Origin: a virus
Lineage: Duplodnaviria > Caudoviricetes
DNA: 61,032 bases
Direction: 5' to 3' (one strand)
IMG/VR virus record: IMGVR_UViG_3300042864_000169
Location: 1 to 61,032 of that record
The stretch's first letter is position 1; each line of letters opens with the position of its first letter. Under the pieces are notes generated by a model that saw nothing but the letters and a program-made list of their open reading frames with translations, made no database searches and was not told where the DNA came from. This document shows positions 54,235 to 61,032 of this stretch, piece after piece. Position numbers and translations under genes: made by a program.

Positions 54235-54897
54235 TTACTCAATGCCAAACTTGGTTTTGATTGCGTTCTCTCGGTCACTCTCTACTACCTTGAATAAACC
54301 AAACCCGCATCCGGCACTAGCCTTACTGTCGGGCCTGCCTGCTCCAATTCCCACTTGCAAGCCACAACGGCTAATCAAGTTAATTACGTCCACAGTTTTA
54401 AACTGATCCATGTCAAAACGAATACGCAGTTTGACTGCCCACTCTTTGTACATAGGGCGTGACCGTACATCTACTACTCCGGTAGCGTTACGGGTGTGTG
54501 CTGTGTAGGTGTCGCTCTTGCCGTAGACCCGAACAAGTGGAATGCCATCTTGCTGATCCCAACCATCGGCTTCTACAAACGTGGATAGCTTGGCAAGGGT
54601 CATCTTGAACCCAACCAGACGACACGCAGAAATCATCGCAGCACGGAACGATGCAGCGTTTACACCTTCCCATCCTTCCATACTACGGTAACGTGCATCC
54701 TCTGCTTCCTTCTCGTAGTCCCGTGCATCACGAACCTTTTTATTGCCTGCTGACTTGCCCTCTTGCATCTTCGCCATTAGTTCTGCTTTCTTGCTGAAGC
54801 GTTCAACTACTAGCGGTGCAATGCCCTCTAAGTAAACGTCCACAGTTGCAAACTTTGGTGGGGAAATAACGTATGTTGTTTCAATTTCTTTAGCCAT
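54235..54897 (-). CDS. stand-alone RAMP/Cas7-like RNA-binding protein
   Basis: First strand VDVYLEGIAPLVV, NAASFRAAMISA (cf. PGSSLKGA), RSRPMYKEW, terminal Gly loop GLQVGIGAGRP..AGCGFGLFKV. Confidence 0.7.
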   Translation of the reverse strand: MAKEIETTYVISPPKFATVDVYLEGIAPLVVERFSKKAELMAKMQEGKSAGNKKVRDARDYEKEAEDARYRSMEGWEGVNAASFRAAMISACRLVGFKMTLAKLSTFVEADGWDQQDGIPLVRVYGKSDTYTAHTRNATGVVDVRSRPMYKEWAVKLRIRFDMDQFKTVDVINLISRCGLQVGIGAGRPDSKASAGCGFGLFKVVESDRENAIKTKFGIE

Positions 54898-54922
54898 TTT
54901 GGTACTCTCTTTGTGTTAAAAA

Positions 54923-55132
54923 TTATTCGCCTAACTCTGTAAAAATTTGATCTGTTAGATCACGGATTCGGGCTAACGCTATCGCCATGTCTGCTTTGTG
55001 GGTGAACTCACCCGTCACAGCCATCTTGATATTGGTTAAAGCCTTGTACATTTCAGGCCCTTTGATTGCAAACAAAAGTCCGTCTTCATCATCGGGGTAG
55101 TAAAACTCAAGTGTTACTTTGGGTTGCATCAA
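54923..55132 (-). CDS. hypothetical protein
   Basis: ORF track; KVTLEFYYPDDE..AIKG motif. Confidence 0.65.
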   Translation of the reverse strand: MMQPKVTLEFYYPDDEDGLLFAIKGPEMYKALTNIKMAVTGEFTHKADMAIALARIRDLTDQIFTELGE

Positions 55133-55286
55133 GTCTCCCTATTGGCTTGGCATTCAGCCAATGCTCACCCAATCGCAGAACTGCACGTACCCACTTGCGT
55201 TGGTTGTGTCGATTGATATGTTCGGGAACCATATCGTTGTTGTAAATCTTCCGAGCCTTACGTCTTAATTGTTCATTCGTCAACAT
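55107..55286 (-). CDS. 59-aa basic protein (NRHNQRKWVRAVLRLGEHWL)
   Basis: Not in ORF track; AAGGGA RBS; fills the gap. Confidence 0.6.
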   Translation of the reverse strand: MLTNEQLRRKARKIYNNDMVPEHINRHNQRKWVRAVLRLGEHWLNAKPIGRLDATQSNT

Positions 55287-55503
55287 TTTGTAAATCCCTT
55301 TTCTTCATATGATCCGGCATCTTTGAAGCAATCCAATAGCCAGCCGCGTTTAAACTAAAACCTTTTGCAATCATTTCTTCGGGGGTTCTGCATCTGCGGT
55401 CTACTCCATACTGACCTGTGCGGTGTTTCTCAAACGCACCAGTGCTGTTGAAGTATTCCTTGCATCCCTGACATTGATTGCGGTCACCCCTTAATACTTT
55501 CAC
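55273..55503 (-). CDS. FDXHR-like Zn-finger protein
   Basis: CQGCKEYFNSTGAFEKHRTG...RCRTPEEM. Confidence 0.75.
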   Translation of the reverse strand: MKVLRGDRNQCQGCKEYFNSTGAFEKHRTGQYGVDRRCRTPEEMIAKGFSLNAAGYWIASKMPDHMKKRDLQNVDE

Positions 55504-55801
55504 TTGTTACCTCCCTCATAATTAAATGAGCAATCTCCTCGTTAATCAACTCCCCAAACGACTTTCCTGACGGGAATCTCATCTGAGATGCCTGATTGGA
55601 ATTAATCACGTTTGTAGCCGCATTAAGCCCGTCATTGAACCCCTTGAGATAAGGGTTGTCCTGTGCCATGCGCACTTCCAATCCCTCACGCAGAATCCTA
55701 GCCATAGTCACTCTCTTTGACTTGGCAAACTTCTTTAGCTTGACGTAATCAGCATCATCCAAGTAAGTCATAAACGGTTTTAGTTTTTTAGAAGGGGTCA
55801 T
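55484..55801 (-). CDS. ribbon-helix-helix-like regulator
   Basis: FMTYLDDADYVKLKKFAKSKRVTMARILREG. Confidence 0.65.
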   Translation of the reverse strand: MTPSKKLKPFMTYLDDADYVKLKKFAKSKRVTMARILREGLEVRMAQDNPYLKGFNDGLNAATNVINSNQASQMRFPSGKSFGELINEEIAHLIMREVTSESIKG

Positions 55802-56180
55802 TGTTTTTCCTTACAGATTCAAATTCATGGAGTAACAAGTCAAACTTGTATATAGCGTCTGTGTTTCCATGAAGCAATGTACGTGATTCAATTCCACAGC
55901 GTTTACACAACATGTGCGCAGCGTCTGTTTCGTTATCACACAACAGGAACTCTTGGAAGTCAGGGTCTCGGCAAAGCATCCCTGCTTTAGCAACTCGGTT
56001 GTTGTACTGCGTTGGTGACTCATCATCTTGGATGCGAACCAATGCACAGGCGTATCTCGCCCCAACAAAGTCCCGCAGAATCTCTACGGGTACTTCATCA
56101 GGGTGCAGAACAAGCGTCAAGACAAAACCTGTGCGGTCTTGCTTTAACGCTATCTTACGGGCTTCAAACTGTAGCGCCAT
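55788..56180 (-). CDS. conserved phage protein
   Basis: AGMLCRDPDFQEFL...CGIESR. Confidence 0.7.
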   Translation of the reverse strand: MALQFEARKIALKQDRTGFVLTLVLHPDEVPVEILRDFVGARYACALVRIQDDESPTQYNNRVAKAGMLCRDPDFQEFLLCDNETDAAHMLCKRCGIESRTLLHGNTDAIYKFDLLLHEFESVRKNNDPF

Positions 56181-56496
56181 CAAGTTGTCCCTGTAGATAG
56201 GAGATCACAGCACGGTAGCCAACCACATCTTGCTCAAGTTGAGTCAATGCTTCACTGGCAGAAAGGTACAACTCTTTCCAGCCGTCAAGGTCTTCGTGTA
56301 AACGTTTAATCTCTTTACGCAAAGTGTCTTGACCTTCTGTAACAACTGGCTTCACCGCCTTTACCGTCTTTTTCTTGGCGTGATGCAAGACTTGGTAAAC
56401 ATAGGTTGTAGTTACACCACAAGCCTTGGCAATATCTTTTGCCTTGTGTGTGGGGTTGGCTTCTTTGCAAGCACGAATTTCTTTTGCTTTAGTCAT
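56164..56496 (-). CDS. HTH plus coiled-coil protein
   Basis: KAKDIAKACGVTTTYVYQV. Confidence 0.7.
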   Translation of the reverse strand: MTKAKEIRACKEANPTHKAKDIAKACGVTTTYVYQVLHHAKKKTVKAVKPVVTEGQDTLRKEIKRLHEDLDGWKELYLSASEALTQLEQDVVGYRAVISYLQGQLDGATV

Positions 56497-56505
56497 GGTC
56501 TCTCC

Positions 56506-56805
56506 TCAAAAGGGAATGTCTTTATCGTCAGCAGGAAACTCCTGCGCTTGGTCTTCGTGGCGTGTACCGCCTTCTTGCTTTGGAACATAACGATCCACAG
56601 CAAATGACAGGAACGTTTTACCGTTTTTGGCAACCTTCTTCCAACCGGATATCTTGATGATGGTCAGACCATCCTCAGTTTTGATGTTGGTCATGTCTTT
56701 TAAGTTGACTGCAATAGACCCAAAATAATCAGGAGACTTGGGAGTCTTCTTGGTTTGGGTTGCGAACATAGAACCTGTGTCCGGCTTTGCTTGGTAATCA
56801 CTCAT
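56506..56805 (-). CDS. single-stranded DNA-binding protein
   Basis: PDYFGSI..ISGWKK..GKTFLS; acidic C terminus DDKDIPF. Confidence 0.75.
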   Translation of the reverse strand: MSDYQAKPDTGSMFATQTKKTPKSPDYFGSIAVNLKDMTNIKTEDGLTIIKISGWKKVAKNGKTFLSFAVDRYVPKQEGGTRHEDQAQEFPADDKDIPF

Positions 56806-57472
56806 TTGGTTTCTCCGTTTGGTTTAGTTTTGTCTTCAATTCCTTGAAGCATTTAAGAACCCCCTCGTAAAGAGGAGGGTGCGTTTCCTTCAGCGAGTCA
56901 AGCTGAAGTTCATTGCTCTTCCAGTAGCTGTTTAAACCTGCTACTGTGGTGCAGTGGGATGTCCACTCAATCATTCCATCGGCAAACAATTTACGGCTTG
57001 CATCTGAGTCGTCCCATTCCTTGGGCTGAACAAACTTGGTGGCTGTCCTGACAATAGGCTTTGGAGCCGTTGCCACGGGCGTAGGAGCCTCTTTTGACTC
57101 ATCCTCCGGAAGATCATCTCCCGAATAGATATATATGCCCAAACCGTGGAGCGCAAGGGCTTTGGTCATGCATCGCATGATGGCAGTGTTAACGGCAAAC
57201 GCATCGGGATTAAGGATGGGTTTGTTCTTGTAGTCCATCACGGGCAACATACAGGTACGGGGTTGACCGAACATGGTGACGGTGACCCACACCATGCCTG
57301 TGCCATTAACATCCATGTAGGGTTTACCCTCAAATGTCTGCACATCAAAGGTTGCGCTTTGGTCTGCCTTTAATGCCTCTCGCCATGCCCACGCCCATGA
57401 AAGGTACGTTAAGCCATTCTTCTTCTCTGTATGCTCGTTGACGTTAATTTTGAGCAGATCATGCGGGGACAT
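56798..57472 (-). CDS. Sak/Rad52-like single-strand annealing protein (DUF1071)
   Basis: LTYLSWAWAW, LPVMDYKNK, RCMTKALALHGLGIYIY.G.DLP; start 57472 behind AAGGAG. Confidence 0.85.
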   Translation of the reverse strand: MSPHDLLKINVNEHTEKKNGLTYLSWAWAWREALKADQSATFDVQTFEGKPYMDVNGTGMVWVTVTMFGQPRTCMLPVMDYKNKPILNPDAFAVNTAIMRCMTKALALHGLGIYIYSGDDLPEDESKEAPTPVATAPKPIVRTATKFVQPKEWDDSDASRKLFADGMIEWTSHCTTVAGLNSYWKSNELQLDSLKETHPPLYEGVLKCFKELKTKLNQTEKPNE

Positions 57473-58337
57473 TGAGTTCTCCTTGGTACTGTTTACACCA
57501 CTTGCTGACTCCACAGAAATCTCCTGTGCATCGCTTGTACTCACCTTTTCTTTCCTCGACATAGCCTTTTTCCTTTTCTGCCAACTCTGTGGCTTCCTCT
57601 ATGGTTTTAAAAACACGGATCGCAGACTTGCGTCCCTCTCTCTTTACTGCGTAGATGGTTTCACTCATCCATCTTTCTTCATCGGTACAGGGTTGTAGTT
57701 CCTCTCCGAATTCTTGGGCTTGCTTGGCAAAGCGGTGCATGTCCAAGCGTTGGCGTACATAGGTCTCGGTGGTGACCGAGTTCCACATTGGGATGTCAAT
57801 CATCACTGCCTCTGCCTCGGGATAGTTCTCCTGATTGGCATGGGGCGAGTAATCTTTAATGATTGCGCAGATCTTCAGACCGCAGACCTTTTGCTTCTTG
57901 ACTGTCTCAATCAACCATTTGTAGATGTTCAGTTGGGTAACCCATTCGTCCTTGTTACTTGCCAAGGCTTGCATGGCTGACCAAGCCTTAACAAACTTGT
58001 AATCGATGATTACAACCCCGTCCTTTGTGTGTTCCTGTAAATCAATAGCGCCGCTGATGGTGATCCCGTCAATAGAATGAAAGATGCGCTCCTCGTTGGT
58101 GTAGCCCTCAATGGCCTTGCCCTCAAGCTTTGCATGCATGAATGTGCCTAGCTGAGAAGCAATCAACTTGGTAACGTCAATCTCCATCTCGTCATCGTAC
58201 TGTTCTCTCATTCTGCGTATCTTTGGTGGCGACATTAACTCTGTTACGCTATACTGAGATGCGCCCTTAGTGTAGAAGTCTCTAGCAAGCAAAGCCACTA
58301 ACGGTGCGGGTAAGCCTTGTTTGTTGGTAATTTTCAT
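57459..58337 (-). CDS. PD-(D/E)XK Cas4-like exonuclease
   Basis: GTFMH, ISGAIDL, IIDYK, QLNIY, C-terminal RC..FC.V..WC. Confidence 0.85.
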   Translation of the reverse strand: MKITNKQGLPAPLVALLARDFYTKGASQYSVTELMSPPKIRRMREQYDDEMEIDVTKLIASQLGTFMHAKLEGKAIEGYTNEERIFHSIDGITISGAIDLQEHTKDGVVIIDYKFVKAWSAMQALASNKDEWVTQLNIYKWLIETVKKQKVCGLKICAIIKDYSPHANQENYPEAEAVMIDIPMWNSVTTETYVRQRLDMHRFAKQAQEFGEELQPCTDEERWMSETIYAVKREGRKSAIRVFKTIEEATELAEKEKGYVEERKGEYKRCTGDFCGVSKWCKQYQGELNVPA

Positions 58338-58357
58338 GTACTCTCCTTAAGGTTTTT

Positions 58358-58795
58358 ATGAATCCAGACCTCTATAATAGCGATGATGTAACACAATTGC
58401 AAGCGCTATCACAAATTATTTTTGGTGAGCCAGCTTCAAAAGCAAATTCCCGTAGGGTTGTACGCTATGGTGGTATGTCTAGACTGATTAAGTCTGCTAA
58501 AGCATTAAGTTACTCTGATGTTTTTAGGCAACAGTGCAAGCCATTGGCTACTCTAATGACAGGTGATCTGCGGGTTACTCTGCATATTTTCTATGCGTCA
58601 CGACGACCCGACTTGGATGAGAGCCTGATTCTAGACCTGATGCAGGGTCTTATATATGAGAACGACCGACAGGTTAAAGAGCGTCATTGCTACTGGGGGC
58701 TAGACCCTGACAACCCAAGGGCAGAGATCATCATTGAAAAGATCCCCGAAGTAGCCCCAAAAAAAAGCCCCTCCAAGAAACCTCGGAAGGGCTAA
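58358..58795 (+). CDS. rusA: RusA-like Holliday junction resolvase (start uncertain)
   Basis: GEPASKAN, RRPDLD, IYENDRQV, NPRAEI. Confidence 0.85.
   Translation: MNPDLYNSDDVTQLQALSQIIFGEPASKANSRRVVRYGGMSRLIKSAKALSYSDVFRQQCKPLATLMTGDLRVTLHIFYASRRPDLDESLILDLMQGLIYENDRQVKERHCYWGLDPDNPRAEIIIEKIPEVAPKKSPSKKPRKG
58374..58402 (-). promoter_or_regulatory. leftward promoter TTGCAA-N17-TATTAT for the recombination/RAMP arm
   Basis: 17-bp spacer; overlaps a + strand TATAAT at 58373. Confidence 0.55.
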
Positions 58796-58842
58796 ATCTC
58801 ACAATGGAGAGAGGAGAGTACCGGCAACTGCAAGTTGCGGTG
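58759..58842 (-). ncRNA. candidate ~85-nt sRNA (hairpin, CU-rich seed, terminator)
   Basis: Upstream promoter; 12-bp terminator stem with G-U pairs on the minus strand plus U8. Confidence 0.55.
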
Positions 58843-58847
58843 CGTGA

Positions 58848-58876
58848 AGTTTAAACTAAAAATACAACAGGTGCAA
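58848..58876 (-). promoter_or_regulatory. promoter TTGCAC-N17-TAAACT
   Basis: 17-bp spacer; -10 overlaps GTTTAAAC. Confidence 0.55.
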
Positions 58877-59016
58877 ATAATACTGCTGTTGGCTCCCGGC
58901 GGCAGTGTTTAAACGCTTGCGGCGTTCCCGGGGTAACATTTTTTGTTTAAACAAACCAGCCAACCCGGCTGCGATTTTCATTTTGCATACAGATTGAAAA
59001 TATTTTTACAAAGTAC

Positions 59017-59047
59017 TTGACAATATCCCAATAAGTTGTGATACATT
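59017..59047 (+). promoter_or_regulatory. rightward promoter (TTGACA...TGaTACATT)
   Basis: Perfect -35 but 19-bp spacer; extended -10 present. Confidence 0.45.
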
Positions 59048-59049
59048 CA

Positions 59050-59202
59050 GGTTGTTGCCGTAGGAAGCAATAAAGATTAAGGCCGTTTGCACATGCGTTC
59101 CGCTTTATCTAAGAGCCGAGTGGTGCTTTTAGATAAGGTTCCTACCGGACGCAGTTGCAAGCGGCTTTTTTCGTTATACCCCCCCGCATTCCTACGACAA
59201 CC
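59050..59202 (+). ncRNA. attenuator-like structured leader with bulged long hairpin and U tract
   Basis: Hairpin 59079-59168 with bulge TTCCTAC; GTAGGAA at 59060; second TTCCTACGACAACC at 59189. Confidence 0.6.
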
Positions 59203-59454
59203 GTACTCCAGACGTTACTAAGGGGTAGATATCTGCCTGCGTGGAAGCAAAGGGTTACGTGGTATGCGCAAGCTAGGGGGCAGTTCCCGAATAATCCACG
59301 GTGCTGGTCGTATCTGCAAGCACAGGGGTTAGGGCAACCTAACATGCAGAAGCCCTAACGGGCGGTGAAACCATCCCTCTCTACTCCTTGGGGTAGGGGG
59401 GTCTATGGGTGAAAATTATTAACAGCCCCGCAAAGGGGCGATAAGGAGAGAGAG

Positions 59455-59922
59455 ATGGAAGCAAGAGAAAGGGATTTCCAAAGGTTCGTCAAGCACCTTG
59501 GAGAAAGCCATGAGGGGGTTATCTCAGCCTCTAATTGGTTGAACAGTTTGGGTTACTCGGTAACGATACCGCCCTCGACTGTATCGGACAGTTATGAGAA
59601 CCGCATGGATCACGTAGATAAAGGTGACCTCTACATCAACATGAGGGTTGAGGTCAAGAGACTTGGAATTAATTTCACAAGCAGGGCAGATTGGAAATTT
59701 GGGGATAAGTTTATTGTCTGCGCCAAGCATTCCTTTGACAACGCAAGTCCCAAGCCATACGCATACATTATCCAAAGCGCAGATTTAACACACCTCGCAG
59801 TGGTGCATTCACATACGTGCAAACAATGGTATTCAGAAAAGCGCAAGGACTCAAGATACGAGGATGTAACGCAAGATTTTTATCTTTGCCCGATTGACCT
59901 TGTCAGGTTTCATGCGGTTTAA
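59455..59922 (+). CDS. PD-(D/E)XK-like protein
   Basis: DKGDLYINMRVEVKR; AAGGAG RBS. Confidence 0.65.
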   Translation: MEARERDFQRFVKHLGESHEGVISASNWLNSLGYSVTIPPSTVSDSYENRMDHVDKGDLYINMRVEVKRLGINFTSRADWKFGDKFIVCAKHSFDNASPKPYAYIIQSADLTHLAVVHSHTCKQWYSEKRKDSRYEDVTQDFYLCPIDLVRFHAV

Positions 59923-59944
59923 TTAACATCCCAAGGAGCAAATA

Positions 59945-60184
59945 ATGACACGCAATTTCAAGCAAGAGTACAAGACCCAACAAGAACGAGGCGAACATGA
60001 GAACCGAATGGAACGCCAACGTGCCCGTAGAAAATTGGACGCTAAGGGAGTGACCCGACAAGGTAAAGACGTAGCCCACGTCAAGGCTTTGAGCAAGGGT
60101 GGATCAAACGCAGATGGCGTGAGACTGGAATCCCCCAGCAAGAACCGCTCGTTTAAACGCAAGTCAGATGGTTCAATGAAATGA
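59945..60184 (+). CDS. small HNH-like endonuclease
   Basis: RNFKQEY...GKDVAHVKALSKGGSN...SKNRS. Confidence 0.75.
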   Translation: MTRNFKQEYKTQQERGEHENRMERQRARRKLDAKGVTRQGKDVAHVKALSKGGSNADGVRLESPSKNRSFKRKSDGSMK

Positions 60185-61032
60185 ACGCGGAGTTCGTGGA
60201 GCAGTTCCACTTCAACGAATCTACTCGGGTAGCTTGCCCGTACTGTTCTGCTGAACGCAGAAAATCAAATCAAAAAGACATGACGCTAACCCGCAAAGCA
60301 GACGGGGCGGTCGTGTTTCATTGCCATCATTGTCAGACTAACGGCTCAGTCCAACCACAACAGGAGAGAATTTTGTCAGCCGTACCAAACCCAACAATTG
60401 TTTCAAACAAACTGCAAGATCAACATTACGCATGGTTAGCCACACGGGGCATATCACATCAGACCGCAGACAAAATGAAGTTGTTTGCCTCTGAGAAGTA
60501 CTTTGGCAAACTGGGCAAGACCGCAGATGCCATCGGCTTTCCCTATTACAGGAATGGTGCGTTAGTTGCCGCCAAGTACCGATCATTCCCTGAGAAAGAT
60601 TTCACGCAAGACTCAGGCGGTGCGCATGATTTCTTTGGCATTGATTTAATTCAAAAGGATCAGCCACTCATCATCGTTGAGGGCGAGATAGACTGCCTGT
60701 CCCTCATGGAGATGGGCTACGAGAACGTGGTTAGTGTTCCATCGGGTGCGCCAATCAAAGTCGCAGACGGAAAGGTTCTGCCCTCTGAAGATAAGAAGTT
60801 TGCCTATGTATGGAATGCTCGGGAGATACTGGACGCAGTTCCTTACATCATCCTAGCTACAGACCAAGACACTGCGGGTCAAGCGTTAGCCGAAGAGTTG
60901 GCAAGACGGATTGGCAAAGAAAAATGCAGGCTGGCTAAGTTTGAAAAGAAAGATTTAAACGAGGTCATGCTTGATGACCCGACAAAGGTAGGGGCGCTAC
61001 TGGCATCGGCTGTGCCGTACCCCGTTTCGGGG
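60181..61032 (+). CDS. T7 gp4/Twinkle-like primase-helicase, 5' part (runs off the window)
   Basis: Open 284 codons, not in ORF track; CPYC..CHHC Zn finger, IIVEGEIDCLS, VVSVPSGA, LATDQDTAG, KDLNE TOPRIM motifs. Confidence 0.9.
   Translation, partial: MNAEFVEQFHFNESTRVACPYCSAERRKSNQKDMTLTRKADGAVVFHCHHCQTNGSVQPQQERILSAVPNPTIVSNKLQDQHYAWLATRGISHQTADKMKLFASEKYFGKLGKTADAIGFPYYRNGALVAAKYRSFPEKDFTQDSGGAHDFFGIDLIQKDQPLIIVEGEIDCLSLMEMGYENVVSVPSGAPIKVADGKVLPSEDKKFAYVWNAREILDAVPYIILATDQDTAGQALAEELARRIGKEKCRLAKFEKKDLNEVMLDDPTKVGALLASAVPYPVSG

Noticed and set aside
53544-54406. Pro/Cys/Ala-rich + strand ORFs (53544-54161, 53633-53824, 53959-54231, 54062-54406)
   Set aside because: By-products of a stop-poor C-rich repeat; the periodicity is 5 nt, not 3; they oppose the operon direction and lack RBSs.
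57459-58337. Cas4-like nuclease as proof of a CRISPR adaptation module
   Set aside because: Exonuclease + SSAP + SSB is a standard phage recombination trio; any link to the array is speculative.
530-60158. TTTAAAC as programmed -1 frameshift sites
   Set aside because: Copies occur in varied frames and in intergenic DNA, and the full palindrome with the leading G is what recurs; this points to a dsDNA site.
1-61032. Prophage or host-chromosome flanks; alternative genetic code
   Set aside because: No integrase, att site or housekeeping genes seen; long genes are intact in the standard code.

Overview
The window is most of the genome of a tailed dsDNA phage, probably podovirus-like. No integrase, RNA polymerase or DNA polymerase is visible, and the promoters are sigma70-type. 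Layout: (1) leftward early arm, 1-8.7 kb, with small ORFs, a CobS/MoxR AAA+ ATPase plus a split CobT/vWA, a SprT-like protein and four copies of a structured 5' RNA element; (2) a non-coding switch region with 7 DnaA boxes; (3) rightward packaging and virion arm, 9.2-51.4 kb, with terS, terL, portal, GroES-like, scaffold, capsid, tail, S74 tail fibre, GIY-YIG, lysis, ejection proteins and a 3129-aa polyvalent protein; (4) a leftward recombination/accessory arm; (5) the start of a rightward replication arm (RusA, HNH, primase-helicase). Top candidate system: a lone RAMP/Cas7-like gene (54235-54897) followed by a 574-bp non-CRISPR array of 12 units built from phase-locked GG(C/U/A)NN pentamers, then an accessory gene. 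This looks like an RNA-guided module whose information sits in the variable dinucleotides. Second: small genes overprinted inside the polyvalent ejection-protein gene right after its putative toxic domains, one with its own antisense promoter and RBS, suggesting nested antitoxins. Also noted: about 50-fold excess of GTTTAAAC, a tRNA-shaped ncRNA and a candidate anti-RBS sRNA. All family calls come from motif recognition by eye; no searches were run.
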